Assembly (NCBI GenBank): GCA_013239625.1
Contig: MU053629.1
Location: forward strand, 778,676-832,445
From: Lama guanicoe
Taxonomy: Eukaryota
Length of the DNA stretch: 53,770 bases
Reading direction: 5' to 3'
Under the pieces are notes generated by a model. That model worked only from the letters and a program-made list of their open reading frames with translations, did not search any database and was not told the origin of the DNA. The position numbers and the translations under genes are program-made. How positions within the stretch are numbered: position 1 is the stretch's first letter; each line of letters starts with the position of its first letter. This document shows, in pieces, positions 1 to 10,878 of this stretch.

Positions 1-94
1 CTATTACTTCCCATCTCCAAAGCCCGTGTTCCTCCCACTGTACTAGACTGCTTATGGTCCAAATCATTTTCAGCAGATTTCAGTCCTGTCTTCA

Positions 95-262
95 CATGAG
101 AGGCCTTTGAGGAACTGTTAAAAAATTACGACTACCTGAGTCCTTCCCACCCCACCCCAAAACCAAGTAAATATGAGTCTCTGGGGCTGGAGCCTGGACC
201 TGGGTACTTTTTAGAGAACTCCCAGTCGATCCTGAACTGAAGTCAGGGCTGAGAACACTGGC
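95..262. mobile_element. MER5-like hAT-Charlie DNA transposon fragment
   Basis: Resembles MER5 consensus (…tctctggggctggagcctgg…tttttagagaactccc…gggctgagaacactgg); boundaries approximate. Confidence 0.55.
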
Positions 263-300
263 CCTGCAACTCCCGAAGACAGGGGTCCTCCTCCCCTTAC

Positions 301-406
301 CGCATAGTGACCCGAGGTGCCTGGTCCTCGGGTCTGGAAGCAGCGGGTAACGAATGCGTAGCAGGAGGCAACTGCTACGTCTGCTTTGGGCCTGGGAGGC
401 TCAGGG
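301..406 (-). other. Candidate 106-nt internal exon of an unidentified gene
   Basis: Minus strand: pyrimidine-rich acceptor ctttgccttttatag|CCC at 407/406 and donor GCG|gtaagg at 301/300. CpG-enriched unique sequence. Ends in ATG CG; one frame is open throughout (PEPPRPKADVAVASCYAFVTRCFQTRGPGTSGHYA). No homolog recognised. Confidence 0.4.
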
Positions 407-1349
407 CTATAAAAGGCAAAGCTTTCTCCTTCATTTATTAAATGCTAGTAAATCCAAGGAGTGTGTCATGGTATTTTAACATCAACTTATCACACATGTT
501 TGTGCTGGCTTACAGTTGAAATCTTGATGAAAAACAGGTGGGACTCCTCAAAGCTGCTGTTGAGGACTTAATGGCTTACAAAAAGATGCTAATGAAAAAG
601 TCTGATGAGAGGAATGTTGCCATTTCAGAGGATATGGGGGGCAGGGGTGGGGTACTCTTATTTCTCCGAGGGATTTGGCCTGCTGGGGCATCTTTCAAAG
701 CAGAAAGCCAGATTCCTTGCATCTCTGTGGGAGGCAATAGTATTGCTGAAATGTGCTCCGTGGAGTAGCCATAGTTACTAAGAAATGAAACTTTCTCTCC
801 AACATGGCAGATTGAGTCTACGGTTGAGTTATTGGCAGGACAAAATCATTGCATTTTTGGACCAGTTACTGCTAAAGCTTTAGGGTGCCTGTAGAACTTC
901 TCCCACCCCAGGTATGATCTCCAGGCTGGGTAACATTACCCTGTTGGAAAAGTTTCTATAACTTGGACCGCATTGTTGTTGTTACTATCTTAACTTTACT
1001 TTTTCCCACAATAAGGATAAAATTGTGGAAAGCTTAGAAAATGCAGAACAGTAGGCAACTTAAGGCTGAGGAAAGGTGTTGCTAGAACTTTCTGTGCTAG
1101 ACCTTTCACACAGAATGCCTCGCAGAGTCCTCACAAGCACTCTTAGGAGCAGCAATATTCCTGTTCTCAGATGCGAATCCTGAGGCTCAAGTGATTGGCT
1201 CAGAGCCCCCACCGCGAGGCAGGCGGCCTGGCCCCACAGCTCCTCCTCCCACACTCCTCACAGCCATAGGACATTTGGGAATCTTTTCTTTCAGCATCTC
1301 TTGTTTTGAAGCAAGAATTTATATTTCGACATGATGTTTGGGTTCCATA

Positions 1350-1442
1350 ATTTTTTTTTTTTAAGTAGAGGTACTGGGCATTGAACCCAGGACCTCATGC
1401 ATGCAAAGCACGTGCTCTACCACTGAGCTATTCCCCAGCCCA
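1350..1442 (-). mobile_element. tRNA-derived camelid SINE (Vic-1-like)
   Basis: Reverse complement reads …atagctcagtggtagagcacgtgctttgcatgcatgaggtcctgggttcaatgcccagtacctc + poly(A), with A/B boxes. TSD ggttccata at 1341-1349 and 1443-1451. Confidence 0.9.
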
Positions 1443-2325
1443 GGTTCCATACTTTAGAACACATGAAAAATCCAATTTGGCTTTGACATCTTTTCCCCCT
1501 TGTAACTTTATGATAGAAATGGTTTTTAGCCTGTGAGCATTCATTTGGAGCATGGACACTACTCAAACGCCAGGCTTTGAGGGGAGTGCCTCCCAGATGA
1601 AGAGTTTGTCTTGGCAAACTTGGCTGTTGATGGACCTTGGTTCACAGAGCACAGCACTCTCAAGGAGCGGAGCTGGGTGCTGCGGGACTGAATGAATGAC
1701 GGGGCGGCAGATCCGAAAGGAAGTAAAGCCCTGGTTTTTCCCACCACTTAGGCTGATTACAGGTCAACTCTTTTTTAGCCAGCCACTGTCCTGGTTACCC
1801 GGAAGAGGGGAAAGTTTTGAAATATAAGGATTTTTTTTAAGGGACAGGATGACGTGGGAAATAGAAAAGCATGGTCTTTCCACAGTTACAGGTAAACCCA
1901 GGAAGAGGGTGTGAGGCTCTGTGCCGGCTTCTCGGAAGGAGCGCCTTGCAGAACCCCCACCCTGGCTCTGCAGGCCGGGCGGGAGGGCAGGCGGGCGAAG
2001 GCTGTGGGAAGCGGAGCAGACAAACCAGACAGACTGAAACAGGTCCCAGGGAGACAAGGGCAGGTGGCAGAGAAGAGAGGCAGGTCTGGATTTCTGGCCA
2101 AAAAGGCAAAAGTGAAGACCATGTTTGCCTTAGAACCCTATGCAGTTACGAAAATACCCAGTCCAAGATGGTAGAAGCTGGCAAATCTCTCCTATAACCT
2201 CTGTTTCAGGTTAAGGGGATCAAAACCCACTTCTGTATTTTTCTGGCTAAGGTCTCGCCTTGGCTTTATTTTTTGCACAATAGCTTCATTGACCGATGCT
2301 AGAGTCTGTGGGTGGCTGGGTGGCT

Positions 2326-2450
2326 GGGCGGGGGCCACAAACATGGACGTTCCCACGACAGAGTAAACATTTCTCTGTGCAAGTCAGGCTCCCTCTGCGT
2401 CCTCTCAGCTTAGGAGTCTGGCTAATTAACTACCGGGGCCGCCGGTGAGT
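2326..2450 (+). promoter_or_regulatory. Candidate promoter / short first exon (GC box, FOX motif, strong 5' splice site)
   Basis: GGGCGGGG at ~2326, GTAAACA at ~2363, consensus-like donor CCG|GTGAGT at 2444/2445, in unique DNA. Confidence 0.3.
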
Positions 2451-3099
2451 GATTACCCCCAACCCTCCACCAAAGGTCCTGGGTTTCCTCCCTTTTGGTT
2501 TTTGACCCTGTGCTTTTTGGCTGAAGTATAAAGGAAGGGAAAATCTGAAATGTTCTCTCCAACGCTCAAAGCTCTGCTTCCTACAGGGGAGAATTGAAAA
2601 CAAACTACTCTTGGACACTTTGCAGAAGTGACAGCAATATCTCTGCTTAGAAACCCGCAGGTGAAGGGTGGAGGGGGAGAGAGAGAACCTGTTTCTTATT
2701 AGAATTCTTGGCAAAGCATTGTGAGGCGCATCTGGAAAAGAAGGGAGAAGGACTGTCCTGAGGTTTGGGCATAAGCCCCTTTCTCCCATCCACATCGCTT
2801 GTCTGCTGGCTTTTTACTCTCGAGTTCATCTGGGACCAGGTTTCCCAATCCCTCTGTGCCCCCTCATGTGTCTGTACGTAATCTGAGTATATTGCATTGA
2901 AAGTGGAGAATCCAAATAAGGAAAACCCATTCCACTCACATTTGTTCTAAATGTCATTTGAAGTTCCCCCACAACCTCACTTTCACAGATGCACTGAATT
3001 TCAAAGGCAAGTGTCAGTAATAAGGATCCCTTATATTTATTCACTTAGAATCATTTTTTCAGGGTGATAGCTTAGCCATTACTTTCATTTGAGCATCAC

Positions 3100-3290
3100 A
3101 GCACTTGCTTGAGGTAGCAGATCTCCATTTTACAGACGGCAAAAAAACAAAACAAACCAACAAAAAACAAAACCAAGCCAAAACCCCTGAGGCCCAGAGA
3201 GGGTTGGTGACTCATACAAAGTTTCATAGCCAGTGAAAGCCAGAGCTGAGATTAGGAGTCCCAACCAACAACAGCGTATTATGGATCCAA
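3100..3290 (-). mobile_element. MIR SINE with internal (CAAAA)n expansion
   Basis: ccattttacagacgg…[CAAAA run]…ctgaggcccagagagggttggtgactcatacaaagtttcatagccagtg matches the MIR core. Confidence 0.8.
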
Positions 3291-3339
3291 CCACACATTT
3301 AGCCCTGCTTGGAGCCACCTGTTCCCAAACCTCACCCTG

Positions 3340-3657
3340 AATTTTCAGGTCTAAATGCCACTTCCTCCAGGAAGCCCTCCCTGATCCAACCTCACCCTCA
3401 AGCTAAGGTAGGTCTCTCTGTTAGCACCCTATGTATTTTTTTCTTTATGGCACTTACCACAAATTTTAATCTTAGTATTGTGTGATTATTTGCTTAATAG
3501 TTTCCTCACCAGTGAGACTGTAAGCCCCCTGTGGACAGGAACTGTGTCCAGTCTTATTCATCACTGTAGATGACCAAGACACCATTCAGCACAGTACCTA
3601 GGACATGATGAGTTCACACACATGAAGTTTGTGAAATAAATGAACAAATGAGTGAAA
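3340..3657 (+). mobile_element. L2 LINE 3' end
   Basis: acttcctccaggaagccctccctga…gactgtaagccccctgtggacaggaactgtgtc…aaataaatgaacaaatgagtgaa, typical L2 terminus. Confidence 0.8.
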
Positions 3658-3731
3658 AATTCCCCCATACCACAGTGGTGATGGCTGAACCCAGACTAGC
3701 TACCTAACTTTTTTGGGGAGCTAGCTAGTGA

Positions 3732-3762
3732 GGGATTTCCCAGGGAAATTTCGGGAGATTCT
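3732..3762. promoter_or_regulatory. Three tandem NF-kB-like decamers
   Basis: GGGATTTCCC (3732-3741, consensus), GGGAAATTTC (3743-3752), GGGAGATTCT (3753-3762). Confidence 0.4.
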
Positions 3763-4604
3763 CATTGATGCTGTGTGAAACCTTTTGGCTAAATATTGAG
3801 AAAGGTCCGAAAAGGTTAGAAGCTGGAAAGCTGTGAATCACGCAGGATTTCTGCTAGTCACCAGCCTAGGGAGGATAAGGGACAAATGGACAGGGAGCCT
3901 ACAGAAGTTAGCCCACGCCCCAGGGGTTATATCTGGCTCCCCGCCCTCACTGTGTGCTCTGGGGAACCATCCTCATTTCCTGGGTGGGTACCTAAGGGCG
4001 TGATTCATTTCGAGTAATGGGCTTGGTCTTCCTGGCTTTGCCTGCTCGTCCCTGTGGCCTGGGAGAGCTCCAGCGCTTAGCTGGTCAGTGTCAAAGGGAG
4101 GTTGGGACACACATCAACACATCATTCAGTGCACCTGGGGACACTGAGGCTAGAGTACCGGAAGGACAGGTCTGGCGGTGGCAGAGCTGGAACCAGAATC
4201 TGGGATGCCCGACTCTGTCTGATACCCTCTCCACCACCATGCAGTCCATCAGAGGTGTGCTCCGCACCTGGCATGTGCTCAGTGCTGGCCATCCCAGATT
4301 CCCACCAGAGAAGCCGAAGTCTTGATCATTAAATACATAAAGATTAAACACACAAAAGAAGTATAATCTATGGTCCTACCTTCCAGGAACTTGCAGTTTC
4401 ATTGGAGAGTGAAATTAAATTCTTGAAATGGTGACCAATGGGAACCTGTAAGTCTAGGTCATTACATGTTCCATTGTATAGAACAGAGTGTAAATGCTGA
4501 GAATTCTTGGAGGAAACTCAACAACTGTGCACAACCCTACAACTCTGCCTTGAGTGCAACCACGGCACCGTGAGAGATTTCCATACGTCAGGAGGTCCTC
4601 AAGG

Positions 4605-4800
4605 GTGCAGTGCAGTGGCCAACAGCACAGTCTTGGAAGTTAGATATCCAGGCTCTGCCGCATTCTTGATCTGTGACCAGGTCATTGGCCTCCCTCAGTC
4701 TTGATCTCCAATTCTGTAAAATGGGCTAAGAAAATAATAAAGATCCTCCCCTCATACAGTTGTTGTGAGAATTACATACTATGACGGTTGTAAGGCTTAA
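4605..4800 (+). mobile_element. MIR SINE
   Basis: ctgtgacc…cctcagtcttg…tctgtaaaatgggctaag…cctcatacagttgttgtgagaatta. Confidence 0.7.
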
Positions 4801-4859
4801 GTTAATACATGATAAATGGTATACATTATTATGAATAAAAACAAAGCGATGTGGAGCTA

Positions 4860-5000
4860 GAATGGGTTACCGTGGGGAGACAGTAAGTCTCCGGTCACCA
4901 AAGGCATTCAAACCCTGGCTCAGAATTATAGTAGGGGGTCGATTATAGAACTGGGTGACATTTAGGGTCCTTCTTAGACTGGTCCCAAGACTGATTTTCA
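4860..5000 (+). mobile_element. L3/CR1 3' fragment
   Basis: gtaagtctccggtcaccaaaggcattcaa…tagggtccttcttagact resembles the L3 terminus. Confidence 0.4.
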
Positions 5001-5629
5001 GGGCTTTGCTGGTCCTTGAGATGGATGAGGTGTTGGCCTTGTGGGAAGAGGGAAGGATGGCTTTCTAGAAGATGGGAACAGCATGAGGTGAGGCTCGGAG
5101 GTGGCAGAGTCCGGGAGGATTGTTCTGATTTCTGTCCTACTCGGGTTTTTGGAGCATCTTGTGGAGGGGTTCTCTGTCTACAGCTTCCAAGGTGTGCCCA
5201 GGGTTCTCTGTAGCTCTGAGGTCTTCCACTCTCGTGTGTCTGAGTTTCAGGAACTCGTGAGGGGAGGAGAGTTTGTGATACAATTTCTACGTTAATACCA
5301 ACAGCCTTTAACCACGATGATTCAATCCTGTTCGTCAAGGCAGTTTTCCGGCTGGCCTCACTCACTTCCTTATCACCTGCTTATGAGTTCCACTGAAACC
5401 ATCTTCCTTTCTAGGTTGTCACCTGTGCTTCTGACCTTCCAAACTGAGGTCATTTACCGCCTTGTCAGGCTTTGGCTCCAGCCTCCACGTGGGGCGGTCT
5501 TACTGGAGATGGGCCTGGTGCGGGGAAAGCATCTCACCGGGAACAGCTTGCTCTGACATGCTCAGGACTTACCACTTTTTCTAGTAGACATCCTGTCCCA
5601 GCTGACATCATACACCTGAATGAAAGTCC

Positions 5630-6300
5630 ACCTTGAATACTGGGCTCCATTTTCCCCCCTTTTTCCAAATGAAAAACTAAACAGAAAAATTGGGGGCTGG
5701 GGGCAACTTGAATATGGAAACTTTTAGGAATATCGATGGGAAAGTCAAATACTACTAATGATATTTATTATTTACAACAAACTTAAAAACCACATAGAAT
5801 ATAAAATCACAGAGAAAGATGGCTTCTTTCCTCTCTTGGATGTCTTGAAATGGTTTTATTCAGACTTCTGACAGTCACCATCACTGTCTCTCACTGGAGT
5901 TAATTCCTGAGTCCTCTCCCACAGTCTTCCAGAATCTGTCATCTTTAATCCCCACATTGTTTGGAGTCCAGTGCTTTGTGAATTTGTGTTTCTCATTGTC
6001 ACTGGAAATCTCTACCAAGCCACAAGTACCCACTGGAATAACCAATTGTGAGACAAACTCTAAGCTTCTTTGATGAGTATATATGTGATTTCTGTAACGT
6101 GACTAGTTTTAGTATCATTTTGATCAGTGACCTTTGGAAGGTTGTTTGCAAGGATAGCCAGTGCCCACATTTGTGAAGATCTGGCCCCAGAAATAATGAG
6201 TACATTTCTATTAGTTTCTTTGCTTCTTTTTTTTAAACAAATTCTGTCAAGTGATCTCCTTACCAATCAAAAAATAGCATTGCCTGAATTCCTTTGAGAA
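5630..6300 (-). mobile_element. Decayed pogo/Tigger (TcMar) transposon with C-terminal DDE transposase remnant
   Basis: Minus translation LIISGARSSQMWALAILANNLPK resembles the pogo IPGGxTSxLQxLDVxxNKPFK motif. Downstream WVLVAW*…EISSDNEKHKFTKHWTPNNVGIKDDRFW resembles W..AW..I…FKKC.I.N..G.EDD.LW. Contains stops and frameshifts. Confidence 0.65.
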
Positions 6301-6759
6301 TTTTGTATATTCTCCAAACAGTGTTCTCATACAATGATTAAGAGAACACCCTGTAATTAAGAGCTTGTCTAAGGCCACACCCTCTTTCCTAAAGCATAGT
6401 TTTAGGGACGTGATATGTTAACAGGGCTTTCAGGAAACGTGGTACCCTCTGTTTATTTAAGTCCTAGTTTCCTTCCAAGAGGAGGATTGATGCTGGAACT
6501 GCCTGGGTGCTATTAAGGTCTTCCAGAGGGCAGCTTCCATCAGGGGGCCTGACTTCTCTCCTGATACATATCCTGTCACTGCTGAGTTCAGGCTCAAGCC
6601 CATTCAATGACTGAAGAATGTGTTTATATTTAATAAAGGCAGAGGAGACAAACCTGGGCCAGCTAATTCCTCTTTCTGAAATAGTATTGGACTACGCAGA
6701 ACTGCATAAAATTAAATTTCTGAAGCTCCAGGCACAGAGATGTCTCTGTCTTGGTGTGC

Positions 6760-7558
6760 CGTAGTTGTAAGATTCTGACACCTGTTCTGACATGTGGGTT
6801 GTTCCCTACACGAAGCAGTTCTCCAATACCAGCTGGCTGTCAACTCAATTCTGACACTGTGGACCTGGAGATTGCATCAGATCTGACATGATAAGGCCTC
6901 AGTCCTCCAAGACTGCGCCCACCACCCCTACTTCATACACCAGTTGCTAGTCTAGGTTGTCACCTGTGCTTCTGGCCGACAGGCTACACATTGGGAATGC
7001 CAATGACACCATCCTTGGGTTCTGTTAATTTGCTAGAGCGACTTGCAGAATGCAGAGAAACACTTTACTTACTAGCTTACCAGTTTACTATAAGAGGATG
7101 TAATTCAGGAACAGCCAGGTGCAAGAGAAGCACAGGGCAGGGCATCTGGGGAGGGGCTCACAGTTGCTATGCCCTCTCCAAGTGCTCCAAACTCCCAGCA
7201 CAGCTGTGTGTTCACCAACCTGGAAGCTCTCTGACCTCCATCCTTTTGAGTTTGAATGGAGACTTCATCTCATAGGCACGAATGATTGCATTATTGGCCT
7301 TCGGTGATTGAACTCAATTTCCAGCTGCTCTCCTGTCCCCAGAGGTTGGCAGTAAGGCTGAAAGTTCTAACTCTAGTCGCATGGTTGATTTCTCTGGTGA
7401 TCAATCCCTACCATTAGGTGACCTAATTACTTCCCAAAAGTCACCTCATTCATATAACAAAAGACACCTTTATTGCTCTCATCATAGGAAATTCCAAGGG
7501 TTTTAGGAGAGCTGTGCCAGGTAGAGGGATGACAATCAAATATTTATTGTAAGTCACA
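6760..7558 (-). mobile_element. MER21-family solo LTR
   Basis: Reverse complement starts tgtgac…cctggcacagctctcctaaaacccttggaatttcct…gtgtcttttgttat…aatgaggtgac, the MER21 5' end; ~800 bp. Confidence 0.8.
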
Positions 7559-7659
7559 AGTTACTTATGAAATTTTGATGTAATCCTAGAAAGAAACACA
7601 CTTTTAATTGGACGTTTATTGGTAGAATAACAACTACAATATCCAGTTATTAAGTCCTT

Positions 7660-7728
7660 CCTTCTATTGAGTACTTATTATGTGGCAAGCATTATGTGAA
7701 GAACTTTGAATGCAATATCTCATTCATT
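7660..7728 (-). mobile_element. MIR 3' half (continues at ~9360)
   Basis: tattgagtacttattatgtggcaagcattatgtgaagaactttgaatgcaatatctcattca. Confidence 0.6.
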
Positions 7729-7739
7729 TTCTTTTTCTA

Positions 7740-9030
7740 GCTTCTTGTCATAAAATTTTAATTCATTTATTTTCCATCTTGTTTTCCCAGTAAGGCGTTT
7801 TAAAACTATAAATTTGCCTCTAGGTACTGCTTAATCTGCATCCCACAGTTTTTGTTATGCAGTTCTTTGATAGGTGTTCAAGTCTAAATATTTTGTAATT
7901 TTTATTAAGATTTTTCTCTTTAATCCACAATATATTTAAGGGTATGTTCATTTCTAATTTAACAGTATGATAGTTAGAAAATATGATTTTTATACCATAA
8001 GCTATTTAACATATGCTGAGACTTCCTTTGCTAAAATGATTAACATTTTATAGCCTGATGCAGGCTTCTATACATCTATACTGGATCCGGTTTACTAAAA
8101 TAAGTCTTCATAGCTTATATATCTTTTCTCCTTTTTTACTTGCTCGATCTACCAAATCCTGATAAAGTTATATTAAAAATATTCTACTGAAAATATGAAT
8201 TAATCAACCTCTCTTTATAATTTAGTCAGGTTACATGCATACAGATTCATAATCATTACATATTCTTGCTGGGATGTTCTTTTTATGATTATGTAGCGTT
8301 TATTCCTAATAACACGTTGTTCTTAAATTTTATTTGGTCCGATATAAATATTGTTAGGCATATGTATTAGTTTCCCAGGGCAGCCTTAGCAAATTACCAC
8401 AATGGGGTGGCTCAGAACACAAAACTGTATTCTCTTGCATTTCTGGAGGCTAAATGTCAGTAACAAGATGTTTGCTCCCTCCAAATCATCCAGGAGAGGG
8501 TCCTTCCTGGCCTCTTCCAGCTTCAGGTAGCCCATGGCACTCTTTGGCTTGCGGCAGCGTAACTCCAATCTGGGTCTCCACTGCCACGTGGCCATCTTCC
8601 TCTGTGTCTGTGTGTCTCTGTTCTTCTAAGGACATCAGTCATACTGGATTCAGGGCTCATGCTACTCCAGTATGACCTCATCTTAACTAATTACATCTGC
8701 AGTGACTTTATTTCCAAATAGGATCCCATTCTGAGAAGCTGGGGGTTAGAACTTCAATGTATCATTTTGGGGGGACATGATTCAACCCATCACCATATGT
8801 TTGTTTTTGGTTTGCATTGTATGGGTATATCTTTTTCTAATTTTTTTATTTTCAGTCTATTTGTGGTTTTGCTTTAGATGTACCTCTTATAAGCTTTATT
8901 TGTTTTACCTAATCTGATAGTCTATCTTTTAATAGGTATTCTGTTTATATTTATTATAACTAATATATTTTAACTTACTTCTGCCATGTTTTGTTTCTAT
9001 TTACCACCCCTTTGCTTCATTGTTATTCTC
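7740..9030 (-). mobile_element. Old L1 (L1M/L1ME-type) fragment interrupted by MLT1
   Basis: AT/T-rich; ctataaatttgcctctaggtactgcttaatctgcatcccacag matches antisense L1 ORF2 endonuclease-region DNA. Confidence 0.65.
8363..8793 (-). mobile_element. MLT1C-like MaLR solo LTR
   Basis: tgtattagtttcccagggcagcc…cctggcctcttccagcttc…tatgacctcatcttaactaattacatctgca…ggggggacatgattcaacccat. Confidence 0.85.
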
Positions 9031-9031
9031 C

Positions 9032-9230
9032 TGTCCAGCTAGCCTAGACTCCCCCCGAAAGCAGAGTCTGAGAGAAGGGCTTGTTGGTGGCTTATTTTAG
9101 GAAATTATTCAAGGAATAGGAATGGAGGAGGAGACTGGGAAGAATGAAACAGGGATGAAGAGAAAGCTGATCCATCCCACTAGGGACCCTCGGTGGAGGT
9201 ATGTAGAATGCATCTCACCCTGGTCTATAG
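9032..9230 (-). mobile_element. LTR16-like ERVL LTR fragment
   Basis: tgtcc…ccccgaaagcagagtctgagagaaggg…ttattttaggaaatt…gggaagaatgaaacaggga. Confidence 0.45.
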
Positions 9231-9359
9231 AGATGTTAATATTGTTTCTAAAATGGGGCTGTATCATTTTAATTTTCTCTTTCTATATCATATATCATTG
9301 TTACGAAGCAGAGGGTATTCCTTACAGGATGAACTTACATCACTGTCTTGGTTGTCTGT

Positions 9360-9520
9360 CATTTAACTTTCCTATGAGGCACTTTATCACCTCCGTTTTA
9401 GAAAGGATGAAATTGAGGCTCAGAGAGGTGAAGTAACTTGCCTGAAGTCACACAGCTAGAAATTGATGGAGCTAGAACTCAAACTCTGGTCCATTTGATT
9501 CCACAGCCATTCCTCTTCAC
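9360..9520 (-). mobile_element. MIR core/5' half
   Basis: ccgttttagaaaggatgaaattgaggctcagagaggtgaagtaacttgcctgaagtcacacagctag. Confidence 0.85.
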
Positions 9521-10780
9521 CATAAGCTCTACTGTGTTGAGTGTGCGTTGAAGCTAGCCCATGTTTACTTGAGTTTCAGTGTCACCTCTTATCTCAACCT
9601 TATCAGTCCTCAAATGGGGTGCAATTCTTCCCTGAAGAAGGACAACCATGAGACCAAGCTACTGGACATTAAGCTACTAGATGGTATCTCTGTAGATTTG
9701 ACCCCGTCTCTGTCCAAACGGAAGTATTCTAGAGAGACCCTGAAAATTACAGAAGCCAAGAGATTTCATAACCTTTATTCAAGGACGTGTTTTTGTCTTT
9801 GTCTTTTGGGTTTGTTTGTTTGTTTTGGGCCCACAGCTCTGTCTATCTACTCCTCACAGGCTGCGGAATACTAAGTCAATGAGGCAATTATTAACTAAGT
9901 CAGGAACTACTGTGATTGAGAAATTAACCATGTCTGTTTCCTTCTGCAGGCTCACTGGAAAAGAATGTGAGGTATTTTCCCCTCTTCCTCTCCAGAGGCC
10001 CATATGTTTTGGAGGGCTGGGCTTCTCTTGCCCCAGGGAAAATTTAGGGGCCATTTTTAGATTTTTCTAAGGGTCTGGAGACTTAACACTAATTGTCAGA
10101 GATGGAAGAGGCCCAGGGCCGAGAGGTCATTAAGGGCTGGCAGGACCCTTGAGTGCTGGTCCTCCATCAAGAGCTCTGGAAGTGGCAGTGCCTTTGGGGA
10201 GTGCCTATGAGTGGGGAAGAGATGTCTGGGGACTAAACACTTGCCCTGTAGCCTTAGATTTGGAGAGGATGCTGTGGACAGCAGCAGTAGCCTCTACCTG
10301 GTCTACCAGCACTAGACAGTGGGCAGTTCAGCAGTGACCATCACAAACCTGGTCTCTTTCCCCAAGTTTCTGGAACCCTGCATGGAAGGAGAGTGAGGGG
10401 CCCTGCAAAGTGGCTGGGATTGAATCATCTGAGATCCTGGTAGGTGGGGGTCTAAGTATGATTTAATTTGATTTAGCAAATGCGTGAAATGTGTCATGGA
10501 ACACATTCCTAAGTGTCGTGGAATAACTTATATCAGTTATGCTAATAATGACCAAACCCTGAAGGGAATTTTTGTAACATATTTGGTAAAATAGGTCTTA
10601 CTTTTTTTTTTTTAATCTGTTGGAAATGTTGGATCAATAACTACCAGGATAAAAGTCTTCCAAGCCCTTCTTCTGGTAAAAATATCCTCTATCCTGGTAA
10701 TTTAAATTCCAAATTACCTCCAGATGATGCTTTAAAAATACCCTGTGATTAAATCCACACCAAATGGAGTTTCTGTGGGA

Positions 10781-10878
10781 ACTTTTGCTGACTCAGAGGA
10801 CGACCTGTGAGTTTTTGGAAGGCCTGGGATCTGGGGCTGGAAATGAGACTTGGGGCCGAGGCACCCATGCATGACTCA
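10781..10878. promoter_or_regulatory. MARE/ARE-like and AP-1 site pair
   Basis: ttttTGCTGACTCAG (core 10786-10796) and TGACTCA (10872-10878) in unique DNA. Confidence 0.45.

Noticed and set aside
4381..4389. STAT GAS motif TTCCAGGAA (similar motifs at ~22430, ~34294, ~41139)
   Set aside because: Isolated 9-mers are expected by chance in 54 kb; no clustering
9548..9874. 108-aa ORF containing MGCNSS, resembling a myristoylation/palmitoylation N-terminus
   Set aside because: No recognisable homology downstream and no supporting exon structure; most likely chance
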